Source: Candidatus Methanogranum sp.
GTDB lineage: Archaea > Thermoplasmatota > Thermoplasmata > Methanomassiliicoccales > Methanomethylophilaceae
Reading direction: 5' to 3'
Assembly (NCBI GenBank): GCA_050309445.1
Contig: JBNRMI010000023.1
Span: 29,089-93,088 of the forward strand
DNA length: 64,000 bases
A program made the translations under genes and the position numbers. This document shows, piece by piece, positions 26,600 through 36,034 of the stretch (position 1 is its first letter; each line of letters begins with the position of its first letter). A model generated the notes under the pieces. The model searched no databases, was not told the origin of the DNA, and saw only the letters and a program-made list of their open reading frames with translations.

Positions 26600-27217
26600 C
26601 CTGCGCTCGCCCCAGATGACCTTGTGCAGCTGGGGTAGCACCCTCACGTCCAGGCGCCGCATGACCACCTCGTCGGCCAGCGATTCGAGGTCGGTGCCGC
26701 CCGCCGGCGTGAAGATGACGTTGGCGGCGGTCGCGTTCTCCTCGAGGAAGCGGATCGCGTGATAGAGGTCCTGCTTGTCGGCGATCACGAACTTCAGCTG
26801 GTCCTTGGCGGTCAGCATCCTCAGGTTGGGCAGGTGCATCCGCGCCTCCATGCCGGAGGAGGGGCACTTGATATCCATGCTGATGATCAGGCGGGGATGA
26901 TCGGGCACGCCCGAGAGATCGACCGAGCCGTTGGTCTCCAGCACCACCCTCCTGCCGCTTTCCAGCAGGCGCTCCAGCAGTTCCGGCATGTCCTCCTGCA
27001 GCAGCGGCTCGCCGCCGGTGACGCAGACGTCGGCGGCGTCGCCGACCAGCTCCATCACCTCCCCGGCGCTGAACTCGATGCCGGGCTCCTCCCGGGCGTA
27101 GACGGTGTCGCACCAGCTGCAGTCGAGGTTGCAGCCGGCGGTCCTGATGAAATAGGTGGGGACGCCGATCAGCAGCCCCTCACCCTGCAACGATCTGAAA
27201 TGCTCGCAAATCCTCAT
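26591..27217 (-). CDS. queE: 7-carboxy-7-deazaguanine synthase (radical SAM)
   Basis: Begins MRICEHFRSLQGEGLLIGVPTYFIRTAGCNLDCSWCDT, the QueE signature. Confidence 0.88.
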   Translation of the reverse strand: MRICEHFRSLQGEGLLIGVPTYFIRTAGCNLDCSWCDTVYAREEPGIEFSAGEVMELVGDAADVCVTGGEPLLQEDMPELLERLLESGRRVVLETNGSVDLSGVPDHPRLIISMDIKCPSSGMEARMHLPNLRMLTAKDQLKFVIADKQDLYHAIRFLEENATAANVIFTPAGGTDLESLADEVVMRRLDVRVLPQLHKVIWGERRSV

Positions 27218-27223
27218 ATCGAA

Positions 27224-27889
27224 TCACTCGTAGATTATCGGGTCCTCGTCCCCCGCCTCGGCGAAGCCCCTGAGCCGCAGCCGGCAGGAATCGCAGCGGC
27301 CGCAGGCCGCCTCTCCCCCCTTGTAACATGACCAGGTGAGCTCCAGCGGCGCGCCCAGGCGCCGGCCGAGCCTCACGATGTCGGCCTTCGATGCGTGCAG
27401 TATCGGGGCGACGATGCGGATCGGGTCCCCCTCGGCCCCGGCCCTGGTGCCCGCTTCCAGCATCCGTTCGAAGGCCTCGATGAACTCCGGGCGGCAGTCC
27501 GGGTAGCCGGAGTAGTCGACGGCGTTGACGCCTATATAGATCCTGTCCGCCCCGATCGACTCGCAGAGTCCGGCGGCGAGGCTGAGGAAGATGATGTTGC
27601 GGGCGGGTACGTAGGTCGACGGTATCTCGGCGGCCAGGTCGCCCTCCCGGTCCTCGGGCACCTCGGCGGACGCGTCGGTCAGCGAGGAGCTGAACAGCCC
27701 GGGGTCCAGGCCGGCCACCCTGTGGCTGACGCCGTAGCGGGCGCAGACGGCGCGGGCCGATTCCAGCTCCCTGCCGTGCCTCTGCCCGTAGCTGAAGCTC
27801 AGCGCCGTGACCTCGCAGCCGTCGGCCAGCGCCCGGGCGAGGACCACCGTCGAATCCAGACCGCCGGAGAGGAGGACGACCGCCTTCAT
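27224..27889 (-). CDS. queC: 7-cyano-7-deazaguanine synthase
   Basis: MKAVVLLSGGLDSTV (PP-loop) and the C-terminal CGRCDSCRLR zinc motif. The track ORF extension to 28288 overlaps queD and is rejected. Confidence 0.9.
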   Translation of the reverse strand: MKAVVLLSGGLDSTVVLARALADGCEVTALSFSYGQRHGRELESARAVCARYGVSHRVAGLDPGLFSSSLTDASAEVPEDREGDLAAEIPSTYVPARNIIFLSLAAGLCESIGADRIYIGVNAVDYSGYPDCRPEFIEAFERMLEAGTRAGAEGDPIRIVAPILHASKADIVRLGRRLGAPLELTWSCYKGGEAACGRCDSCRLRLRGFAEAGDEDPIIYE

Positions 27890-28362
27890 CGCAGCACCTT
27901 CGTGGCCCAGGCGGTCTGTCCGCGCTCCTCGTCCAATCCGACCGAGATGCTGGAGACGTTCCCGGGCAGGTCGGTCTCGGCCGCCATCCGCTCGGTCAGC
28001 AGCAGCGCCATCTCCTCGGCGGTGGTCGCCGTCACGTCGAGGATGACCACGTCCTCCTCGGGGAAGACGTAGCGCTTGCCGCAGACGACCACCTCGACCG
28101 AGCCGTCGGCGACGGAGATCCGGGCATCGGGGGAGCGTCCGGGCAGCAGCACCATGTGGTCCAGCTGCTCGATCATCTCCTTGAGCTTGCGTTTGAGGAT
28201 GACGAAATCCATGATCATGCCGTCCGGGCCGACCTCGCCCTCGAGGCGGAGGCGCATGATGTAGCTGTGGCCGTGCAGCCGCGAGCACTTCTCGTGACGG
28301 GGTATGAAATGGCAGGATGAGAACCTGAGCCCCGAGTAGCCGCCGTCGATCTCCAGGATCAT
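27886..28362 (-). CDS. queD: 6-carboxytetrahydropterin synthase
   Basis: 158 aa with the CHFIPRHEKCSRLHGHSY motif. ATGA overlap with queC. Confidence 0.85.
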   Translation of the reverse strand: MILEIDGGYSGLRFSSCHFIPRHEKCSRLHGHSYIMRLRLEGEVGPDGMIMDFVILKRKLKEMIEQLDHMVLLPGRSPDARISVADGSVEVVVCGKRYVFPEEDVVILDVTATTAEEMALLLTERMAAETDLPGNVSSISVGLDEERGQTAWATKVLR

Positions 28363-29132
28363 CCCGTCACCCCGCAGAGGCGCATCGCCAGGCGCAGCGC
28401 GTCGGTGTAGTCGGATTTACCCCGGGAGGTGTCGACGAACACCGGCGCGATGTTCAGCACCGGTGCGCCCAGTGCCGATGCGCCGCCGAGGTAGTGCATC
28501 GTGCGGAAGATGATGTTGCCGGTGATGCCGTCCGGGGCGATGATGAGATCGGCTTCGGCGACGGCCTCCTCGATCATGATGCGCGAATTGTAGGCGTCGA
28601 CGCCCTCCGCGGCCAGCAGCTCCACCAGCGCATCGGCCTCATCGATGGAGCGGTCGACGGCGGGGCAGCGCCCCTTGTCCTCGGCGCGGCCGCCGGACAT
28701 GACCGCCACCCTGCCGCCGGCATCCAGCCGCCGCATGAGCTCCAGGGCCCGGCGCACGGTGTCCAGCTTCTGCTCCACCGTCCAGCACTCGTCGATGCCG
28801 ACCGGGGCCAGGAAGACCGTCCTGCCGGGTGCCGGCTCCAGCAGCACCAGCCGCTCGAGGGCGGGCACACCGGTCGCCGACCGGAGCAGCGACAGCACCT
28901 CCGATGACGGCAGGTCGCCGCGCACGGCGGCGTCGATCCTGCCGGAGACGAGGTCGCCGACCAGCAGCCGCGGGTCGTCGTAGACGACCGCCCGGTCGTC
29001 GCCGACCGCGCGGACGCTCTCCTCCACCACCCCTCTGCCGGTCCCGCGTCCGATGCCGACGCGGACATCCGGCAGGTCGCCGGCGAGGAGGCTCTGCGAT
29101 GAGATCATGGCCGGCACTAGACGCTCGTGCAT
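28359..29132 (-). CDS. MtxX-like / methanogen marker 4-like protein (phosphate acyltransferase fold)
   Basis: The C-terminal APDGITGNIIFRTMHYLGGASALGAPV fits a PTA/PTB-like fold. About 257 aa. The track ORF (to 30101) overlaps dph2 out of frame. The start is 29132 or 29108. Confidence 0.6.
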   Translation of the reverse strand: MHERLVPAMISSQSLLAGDLPDVRVGIGRGTGRGVVEESVRAVGDDRAVVYDDPRLLVGDLVSGRIDAAVRGDLPSSEVLSLLRSATGVPALERLVLLEPAPGRTVFLAPVGIDECWTVEQKLDTVRRALELMRRLDAGGRVAVMSGGRAEDKGRCPAVDRSIDEADALVELLAAEGVDAYNSRIMIEEAVAEADLIIAPDGITGNIIFRTMHYLGGASALGAPVLNIAPVFVDTSRGKSDYTDALRLAMRLCGVTG

Positions 29133-29152
29133 ATTAAGGATTTGCACGGACG

Positions 29153-30133
29153 TCAGATGCAGTCGAAACGGTACTCCTCCCAGCTGCGCAGGCCGAGGAC
29201 GTGGTCGACCTCGGTGACCGTCAGCATCGGGCGGGCGTAGCGCGAGGCGTCGTCCATCGCCACCCGGGGGCAGCCGGTGCAGACGTAGGCGTCGACGCGG
29301 TAGGGGAGCAGGGCCTCGGGGGAGATCTCGTCCAGCAGCAGCATGCGGGCGGTGCGGCCGTCCCGCCGCAGGCGCCCGCAGATCGCGCGGGCCTCCGGCG
29401 TGCGGTCCTGCCCGGCCTTGCCGCAGACGATGACCAGGAAGTCGCGTGCCGGCCGGGCGCTCTCGATCGCCGCGAACCGCCGGCGCAGGAGGCGGTCGCG
29501 CGCCTCGTCGACGTCGCGCAGCTCGCCGGTCAGCGGGTTGAGGATCCGCACCGGACGGCCGGAGCCGATGCTGGCCGCCAACGGATGGAAATCGCCCTCG
29601 GCGAGGAGGATGAACATGTCCGCATCGTCCTCGACCGCGGTCGCCGCGCTGCAGTTGCAGCCGAGCACCTGCCCGGGATGGTGCAGCCTGCCGTCCCCTT
29701 TGCCGATGAGGGCGGTGCGCCCGGTGGCCTCGACGGCCTCCTTCAGCGCCGGCAGCAGCGCGATGTGCTGCACCGTGGCCAGCAATCCGATCCGCTGCGG
29801 CAGCCCCTCCAGGAGGGCGGGCAGGCCGTCGGGCAGGCCGGCGCGCACCCCGACCTCGACGTGGAGCACGTCGGGGTCGCTGCCCATGTCGGGTATCGGC
29901 GCGTGGCCCAGGTGGACCAGCGCATCCGCGTGCCTGCGGTAGTCGATGAAAAGGTCGCAGGCGCCGTAGCACGGGTGGCCGAGGATCAGGACCTCGGCCC
30001 CCGTGGCGTCGGATATGGCATCCGCCAAGCCCAATGCGGATGTCTTCAGACCCTCGGGTAGCTGTAGGGCGACGGTGCGGTAGCCGCCGTCGCGCACCCA
30101 TGCCGCGATCCGGTCAGGGTCCAGGTCGTACAT
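29153..30133 (-). CDS. dph2: Diphthamide synthesis protein Dph2 (2-(3-amino-3-carboxypropyl)histidine synthase)
   Basis: 326 aa, begins MYDLDPDRIAAWVRDGGYRTVALQLPEGLK. Conserved Cys lie in CYGACD and CTGCP contexts. Confidence 0.8.
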   Translation of the reverse strand: MYDLDPDRIAAWVRDGGYRTVALQLPEGLKTSALGLADAISDATGAEVLILGHPCYGACDLFIDYRRHADALVHLGHAPIPDMGSDPDVLHVEVGVRAGLPDGLPALLEGLPQRIGLLATVQHIALLPALKEAVEATGRTALIGKGDGRLHHPGQVLGCNCSAATAVEDDADMFILLAEGDFHPLAASIGSGRPVRILNPLTGELRDVDEARDRLLRRRFAAIESARPARDFLVIVCGKAGQDRTPEARAICGRLRRDGRTARMLLLDEISPEALLPYRVDAYVCTGCPRVAMDDASRYARPMLTVTEVDHVLGLRSWEEYRFDCI

Positions 30134-30144
30134 GCATCAGAGCA

Positions 30145-30669
30145 TCAGTTGACGTGCTCGATACCCTGTTCGACATCGATGTAGCACGGAGTGGGGAACT
30201 TCATCGAAGCCCTCCACAGGGCCTGCTTGGCGAACTTGATGCTCCCCTTGTCCGCAGAGGTGCGGATGGTGATCACGGCCTGGTCGCGCTCGAGCCTGGC
30301 CGCGGTGCCGACGTTCTTGCCGAAGGCACGGCGCATGCCGCTCGAGACACGGTCGGCTCCCGCGCCCGTGGCGAGCTTGTTCTCCCTGAGGACGATGTGG
30401 GGGTAGGTCCTGATCTTCAGGTTGTAGTTCTGCACGCCGACCTCGGAGGACATCAGCCTGTTGGCGGCGATGCGTCCGGCTTCAAGGGCGGTGTGCCTGA
30501 TCTGGACGCGGTTCTGCACCTTCAGCGTGAGCACCACGGGGAAATCGGCCCTGAGGTTGCCCATGTCGAACTGGGCGATCCTGCTCCCGGGGACGCCCCT
30601 CATGTATTCGCGGCGGGTGTTCGCCTGTCCTGTGATCCTTCTGTACATCGATGCGGGCTTCTTTGCCAT
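30145..30669 (-). CDS. rpl10e: Ribosomal protein uL16 (L10e)
   Basis: Begins MAKKPASMYRRITGQANTRREYMRGVPGSRIAQFDMGN. Confidence 0.93.
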   Translation of the reverse strand: MAKKPASMYRRITGQANTRREYMRGVPGSRIAQFDMGNLRADFPVVLTLKVQNRVQIRHTALEAGRIAANRLMSSEVGVQNYNLKIRTYPHIVLRENKLATGAGADRVSSGMRRAFGKNVGTAARLERDQAVITIRTSADKGSIKFAKQALWRASMKFPTPCYIDVEQGIEHVN

Positions 30670-30889
30670 TTATAACACCTTGATATATCCTGATGGATGC
30701 GACAATCTCAAATCCATATTTAAAGACTGTCATGAACGGCCCGCCGTCACGGCCGGCGCGCGCTGGCCGTCCCCGTGCCGCGAGGGCATCCGTGCCGGCA
30801 CGGAGGGCCGGGGGGACGGCTGACACGGCATCTTATACGGGAGGATGTTGATAAAGATTTATATCCGGGCGGTTTGTAGTCGGGACGGT

Positions 30890-31216
30890 ATGTCGAGGAA
30901 ACGCCTTTCCAGGAGCGCGGCCGCCCGCATCGGCGACGAACGGATAGCCGTGCTGCTGGAGCTGGCGGAGCAGGCGGTGCGCGACGGCCGGGACGACCGG
31001 GCGGTGCGCTATGTCGACCTGGCCCGGCGCATCGGCATGAAGACCAGGACGCCGCTGCCGTCCGGGTTCCGCTACTGCAGGGGCTGCCTGCGGCCGCTGA
31101 TCCCCGGGCTGAACTGCGACGTCCGGCTGACCGGGCGCAAGGTGGTCACCACCTGCCGTTCGTGCGGGACGCTGCGGCGGGTGCCGTATCTGAAGGAGAA
31201 GAAGAGAGATGACTGA
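30890..31216 (+). CDS. RNase P protein component 4 (Rpr2/Rpp21)
   Basis: 108 aa, Arg-rich helical N-terminus plus a zinc ribbon (CRGC...CRSC). TATA AGATTTATATCC lies ~25-30 nt upstream. Confidence 0.75.
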   Translation: MSRKRLSRSAAARIGDERIAVLLELAEQAVRDGRDDRAVRYVDLARRIGMKTRTPLPSGFRYCRGCLRPLIPGLNCDVRLTGRKVVTTCRSCGTLRRVPYLKEKKRDD

Positions 31217-31502
31217 GAAAGAGGCGAGGAAGGAGATCATGAGGCGCGCGGCCGACCTTAAGGCCAACGTGCGCATCGGCAAGGACGGCCTCGATCAGGG
31301 GATCGGGGACGAGATAGCGGCGCAGCTGAAGAAGCACCGCATCATGAAGATCAAGGTGCTGGACAACGCCGACGGGGACGTCGGGGAGCTGGCGCAGCGC
31401 ATCGCCGAGGCGAACGACGCCGTCGTCGTCGACATCCGCGGCGGCGTGATGGTCATCACCGACCGGCGGACCTGGAACTCGCTGTCCCAGAAGCGGTTCT
31501 GA
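31209..31502 (+). CDS. YhbY/CRM-domain RNA-binding protein
   Basis: 97 aa. VRIGKDGLDQGIGDEIAAQLKKHRIMKIKV matches the CRS1/YhbY pattern. Confidence 0.75.
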   Translation: MTEKEARKEIMRRAADLKANVRIGKDGLDQGIGDEIAAQLKKHRIMKIKVLDNADGDVGELAQRIAEANDAVVVDIRGGVMVITDRRTWNSLSQKRF

Positions 31503-31511
31503 GGCGGTCGC

Positions 31512-32786
31512 ATGCTCGACGTCAACATCATCAGGTCCGATCCGGAGGCCGTCCGGGCGATGCTCGCCGACAGGAACAAGCCGGCCGACGTGCTCGACCG
31601 CTTCCTCGCCGCCGACGCCGAGTGGCGGGAGCTGACCCAGCGCGGCAACGGGCTGCGCCGGCAGAGGAACTCCGAATCCCAGCGGATCGCGAAGCTGCCG
31701 GCCGGCGGGGAGAAGGACGCGGCCATCGCCTCCATGCGCGGCATCAGCGACGAGCTCAGACGGAACGACGAGCGGATCGCCGCCCTCGAGGCCGAACGCG
31801 ACGACTGCGTGCTCAACATCCCCAACATCCCCCACGAGTCGGTGCCGGTCGGCCCCGACAGCACCGGCAACGTCGTCGTCTGCGAGCACGGCGCGCGCCG
31901 CAGCTTCGATTTCACCCCGAAGGAGCACCCCGAGCTCGCCGAGGGCCTGGACATCATCGACTTCGACCGCGGGGTCAAGGTCGCCGGCAGCGGATTCTAC
32001 TGCCTCAGAGGCGACGGCGCCCGCCTGGAGCGCGCTCTGATCTCGTACTTCCTCGACTCGCACCGCGCCCGCGGCTACACCGAGGTGATGCCCCCGATCA
32101 TCGTCAACCGCGACGCGCTCATCGGCACCGGGCAGTACCCCAACCTCAAGGATGACATGTACCACATCGAGCGGGACGACCTCTTCCTCAACCCGACCGC
32201 CGAGGTGCCGGTCACCAACCTCTTCCGCGACGAGATCCTCGAGGCCGGCCGGCTGCCGGTGAAGTACGCCGCCTACCTGCCGTCGTTCCGCCGCGAGGCG
32301 GGACGGCACGCCGACACCCGCGGCATCATCCGCGTCCACGAGTTCAACAAGGTGGAGATGGTGCGCTTCGTGCTCCCGGAGACCTCCTGGGACGCGCTCG
32401 AGGAGCTGCGTGAGGACGCCGAGCTGCTGATACGGGGCCTCGGCCTCCCCTACAGGGTGCTGCTGCTCTGCACCGGCGACATGAGCTTCTCCTGCGCCAA
32501 ATGCTACGACCTCGAGCTCCACGCGCCCGGCAAGGACGCCTGGCTCGAGGCCTCCTCCTGCTCCAACTTCACCGATTTCCAGGCGCGCCGGGCACGGATC
32601 AAGTACCGTCCGGAACCGCACCTGAAGAGCGAGTTCGTCCACACCCTCAACGGCTCCGGCCTGGCCCTGCCGCGGACGATGGTGGCGGTGCTCGAGAACT
32701 ATCAGAACCGGGACGGTTCGGTGACCGTCCCCGAGGTGCTCCGGCCCTACATGGGCGGCCAGGAGATCATCGCGGCCAGACGCTGA
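31512..32786 (+). CDS. serS: Seryl-tRNA synthetase
   Basis: 424 aa: N-terminal coiled coil, class II motifs (FRREAG, GSGLALPRT), and a typical C-terminus. Confidence 0.92.
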   Translation: MLDVNIIRSDPEAVRAMLADRNKPADVLDRFLAADAEWRELTQRGNGLRRQRNSESQRIAKLPAGGEKDAAIASMRGISDELRRNDERIAALEAERDDCVLNIPNIPHESVPVGPDSTGNVVVCEHGARRSFDFTPKEHPELAEGLDIIDFDRGVKVAGSGFYCLRGDGARLERALISYFLDSHRARGYTEVMPPIIVNRDALIGTGQYPNLKDDMYHIERDDLFLNPTAEVPVTNLFRDEILEAGRLPVKYAAYLPSFRREAGRHADTRGIIRVHEFNKVEMVRFVLPETSWDALEELREDAELLIRGLGLPYRVLLLCTGDMSFSCAKCYDLELHAPGKDAWLEASSCSNFTDFQARRARIKYRPEPHLKSEFVHTLNGSGLALPRTMVAVLENYQNRDGSVTVPEVLRPYMGGQEIIAARR

Positions 32787-32788
32787 GA

Positions 32789-33937
32789 TCAGATGTCCAT
32801 GGCGCGGAAGTCGGCCAGCAGGCCGCGGGCGCCGATGCCGTCATCGCCGCGCTCCAGGATCGCACCGATCTCGCGCTCGCCGTCCCTCAGCGTCTTGGAG
32901 GTGATGCCGTAGCGGCCGGAGATGTGCGCCTCCATGAACGCCGCCAGGCGGTCGCAGGCCTTGATGTCGCCGCCTCTGCGCCCGGCCTCCGGGGCGCCCG
33001 GGAGGTCCGAGAAGGGGTCGTAGACCATCAGCCTGAGCTCGTCCCTCCAGCCCTCCGGGATCAGCGGCATGATGCGCGACTCGAACAGCTCGCGCTCATA
33101 GCTCTCCAGCAGGGCCGGCAGCCCGTCGACGTTGGCCTTGACCGGGGTGATCACGTCCTTGGTCAGCACCTCCGGCAGGTCGTGGAACAGCGCCGTGTGG
33201 TAATCCAGGTAGCGCTGGCGGCCGCCCGCCCCGATGTCCATGTCGCTGAGCTGGATCATCACCGCCACCATCAGCGAGTGGCCGAGCACGGTGGTCTGCG
33301 GGATGCGCGGCGTCCGCGCCCAGCGCTTCTGGAAGCGCAGCTGGCCGATGAGGTCGAGCATGCCCGAGATGCCGCCGTCCTCGGTCAGCATGCCGACCCC
33401 GGCGAGGTCGGCGTGCTGGTTGATCTGCTGGTCGATCTCCTCGCGCGTCCGCTCGATGCCGTACATCTCGCGGTTGGCGGGGTAGATCGCCCGGAACTCC
33501 CACCTGGTGGCCAGGTAATGCGCCGCCCGGGAGATCTGATCCTCGGTCGTGGTCCGGTCGGAGACCAGGTAACACTCCAGCCCGTCGACGAAGCTGCCGG
33601 GCGCGTCGGGCACGTTGCGGAGGAGGTCTTCCAGGACGTACTCGTTGACCTGCTCGGGCTTCTCGCCGCTGATGCGGTGGTACAGCTGCGGCTTGAGGTC
33701 GGTCAGCGCCAGGCGCGCGATGAAGGAGTAGAGGTTGCCGGTGATGATGCGGTCCCAGTCCAGGCGCCGTCCGCCGTCCTCCTCGACCTTGCCCAGGAGC
33801 CAGGAGACGGCCGCCTTGTGCGCCTGCTTGTCCAGCTCGGTAAGGTCGATCGTCCGCAGGTGGTCGTTCCACCGGTGCATGCTGGCCGCGCCGAAGATGT
33901 AATGCAGCAGATCGGCGCTCAGCGCCCTGCCCCCCAT
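32789..33937 (-). CDS. Tandem YfbR-like HD-domain phosphohydrolase
   Basis: 382 aa. Two similar halves, each with RW...T(E/V)...H(K/S)...; the second half carries LGHSLMVA...FHDLPE. The track extension to 34576 overlaps the upstream gene. Confidence 0.65.
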   Translation of the reverse strand: MGGRALSADLLHYIFGAASMHRWNDHLRTIDLTELDKQAHKAAVSWLLGKVEEDGGRRLDWDRIITGNLYSFIARLALTDLKPQLYHRISGEKPEQVNEYVLEDLLRNVPDAPGSFVDGLECYLVSDRTTTEDQISRAAHYLATRWEFRAIYPANREMYGIERTREEIDQQINQHADLAGVGMLTEDGGISGMLDLIGQLRFQKRWARTPRIPQTTVLGHSLMVAVMIQLSDMDIGAGGRQRYLDYHTALFHDLPEVLTKDVITPVKANVDGLPALLESYERELFESRIMPLIPEGWRDELRLMVYDPFSDLPGAPEAGRRGGDIKACDRLAAFMEAHISGRYGITSKTLRDGEREIGAILERGDDGIGARGLLADFRAMDI

Positions 33938-33942
33938 CCGGC

Positions 33943-34305
33943 TCACCGCTCCCGGCCGACGATGCCGATGAGCTCCTCCTCGATCCGCCGGTAATCGGCC
34001 TCGGATTCGCGCTCGATCTCGGTCAGGTCGAGGATGTAGCCGGTGCTGTCGTCGGCCTCGTCCAGCGCCTGCTCCGTGCGTTCGGCCCGGATCCTGACGG
34101 CCAGCTCCCTCCTGATGCCGACCCCCTCCAGGTACCCGAACGCCATGCCGAGCACCGCGAAGAACAGCCCCATCAGGAAGACCGCGATACCGATCCACGG
34201 CTCCATCCCCACCGGATATCCGAGGTACATCGCCGTCCCCGACACCAGGAACACCAGTCCTAGCAGGTCGAAGACCAGCCATGCCCTCCTGTCTATGCGC
34301 ACCAT
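33943..34305 (-). CDS. Small membrane protein (2 predicted TM helices, acidic tail)
   Basis: Hydrophobic stretches WLVFDLLGLVFLVSGTAMYL and WIGIAVFLMGLFFAVLGMAFGYL. The start MVRIDRR fits the TATA at ~34327-34340 (the track start is 34323). Confidence 0.55.
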   Translation of the reverse strand: MVRIDRRAWLVFDLLGLVFLVSGTAMYLGYPVGMEPWIGIAVFLMGLFFAVLGMAFGYLEGVGIRRELAVRIRAERTEQALDEADDSTGYILDLTEIERESEADYRRIEEELIGIVGRER

Positions 34306-34388
34306 GGATGCCTCGTATCGCATATGGATAAATAATATGGCGCATCGCCGGACCCAACGGATAATAACCCCGTCGCCGATTACCGTGC

Positions 34389-35516
34389 ATGAAAGTATCC
34401 AAGCGCCTGGACGGGATCCCGGCCTCCGGCATCAGGAAGATGTTCGACCTCGCCGGACCGGACTCGGTCAACCTCGGCCTGGGCGAACCGGACCTCGAGC
34501 CCCCCGCCGCCGCGGTGGAGGGGATGCACCGGGCGACCCTGTCCCGGAAGAACAAGTACGGTCCGACCGCCGGCATCCCCGAGCTGCGCGAGGCGGTCGC
34601 CGAACGGTCGTCGGCCTACGGCGAGGTGGCGGCGGGGAACGTGATGATCACGCCGAGCGGCTCGACCGCCCTGTTCGCCATCGCCCAGTCCTTCCTCGAC
34701 CCCGGTGACGAGGTGCTGGTGCCCTCCCCGGGTTTCGTCGTCTACGGCCCGCACGCCGCCCTGGCCGGGGGCCGGTCGCGGGAGTACCGGCTCACCGAGG
34801 GGAATTTCCAGCCCGATGCCGACGACATCGCCTCGCTGATCAACGACCGGACGAGGATGATCGTCGTCAACTCGCCGTCCAACCCCACCGGCGGCATCCT
34901 GGACGCGGCGGCCAAGCGGGCGCTGCTCGACCTGGCCGAGGACCACGGCCTGCACATCGTCTCCGACGAGGTCTACGAGCCCTTCATCTACGAGGGGGAG
35001 CACGTCTCCTTCCTCGACCGCCCCGACCTCGCCACCGTGGTGGGCGGTTTCTCCAAGATGATGGCGGTCACCGGCTGGCGGCTCGGTTACATCTGCGCGT
35101 CCGAGGAGCGCATCGAGGCCCTCACCAAGATGCAGTACCACATCTGCGCCAACCCGCACATGCCGTCGCAGTACGGGGTGCTGGCGGCGATGCCGGGCAT
35201 CGAGGGGTACCTGGAGCGTTCGCGCGGCATCTACCGGGCGCGGCGCGACCTGATCACCAGGCGCATCGACGGCATCGACGGGCTGAGCATGGAGCCGCCG
35301 CGCGGCGCGTTCTACGCCTTCCCCCGCTACGACATGGACGTCAAGTCGGAGGAGATCGCGCTGGAGGCCGCCCGCAACGGCCTGATCTGCACCCCGGGAT
35401 CGGCGTTCGGCACCCACGGCGAGGGGCATCTGCGCTTCTCGTACGCCGCCGGAGAGGATAAGATAAATGCGGGCATGGACATCCTGAGCGATGTCATCGG
35501 GAGATTCAGGAAGTGA
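34389..35516 (+). CDS. Class I/II PLP-dependent aminotransferase (aspartate/aromatic type)
   Basis: 375 aa with NKYGPTAGIPELREAVA, NSPSNPTGG and SFSKMMAVTGWRLGY (PLP lysine). Confidence 0.85.
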   Translation: MKVSKRLDGIPASGIRKMFDLAGPDSVNLGLGEPDLEPPAAAVEGMHRATLSRKNKYGPTAGIPELREAVAERSSAYGEVAAGNVMITPSGSTALFAIAQSFLDPGDEVLVPSPGFVVYGPHAALAGGRSREYRLTEGNFQPDADDIASLINDRTRMIVVNSPSNPTGGILDAAAKRALLDLAEDHGLHIVSDEVYEPFIYEGEHVSFLDRPDLATVVGGFSKMMAVTGWRLGYICASEERIEALTKMQYHICANPHMPSQYGVLAAMPGIEGYLERSRGIYRARRDLITRRIDGIDGLSMEPPRGAFYAFPRYDMDVKSEEIALEAARNGLICTPGSAFGTHGEGHLRFSYAAGEDKINAGMDILSDVIGRFRK

Positions 35517-36034
35517 TTGATATGGAAGGCAACGATCCCAACGCCCATCTGTTCGGGCATGAAGAGCAGGACGGCTCCGATATGGTATGCAGGCAGCTCT
35601 ACGACAAGAACCCCGTGCGCGTCGACGCCCTGGGGGACCTGATCTACGGGGAGCTGCGCGAGATCATCGACGGCATGGAGGACCTCGATGCCGAGGCCGG
35701 GGCGCAGATGCTGTTCAAGATGACCGCCAACAGCGTGCTGGACATGGTGATGGACGCGGTCCCCGCCGAGGTGGGGCTGGACGTCTCCTTCTCCTTCGAC
35801 ATGCTGCTGGGGGTGGCGCTGACCAACCGGAAGCACGGCGTCAACCTGTTCAAGGAGCACGAGAAGGCGCTCGCCGGCGTCAGGCCGTCGGGGTTCGATA
35901 CCGATGAGCTCTACAGGCTGGCGCTGGAGGAGTTCGAGGAGAAGTGGTGGGACCTGCCGCAGCCGATGCTCAGCCAGCGCACCCCCAACGACGCCATCAG
36001 GGAGATCCTCTCCGAGTACGGGCTGTCCGACTGA
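35513..36034 (+). CDS. Hypothetical acidic protein (~170 aa)
   Basis: Coupled at both ends (GTGA with the aminotransferase stop, TGATG with the mvk start). Good GC3 bias. No recognisable motif. Confidence 0.55.
   Translation: MIDMEGNDPNAHLFGHEEQDGSDMVCRQLYDKNPVRVDALGDLIYGELREIIDGMEDLDAEAGAQMLFKMTANSVLDMVMDAVPAEVGLDVSFSFDMLLGVALTNRKHGVNLFKEHEKALAGVRPSGFDTDELYRLALEEFEEKWWDLPQPMLSQRTPNDAIREILSEYGLSD

Noticed and set aside
30688-30823. C/D box sRNA (CTGATGG at ~30690, CTGA at 30820-30823)
   Set aside because: The boxes are ~130 nt apart and the C box is imperfect. No C'/D' pair or guide-like arrangement is visible.
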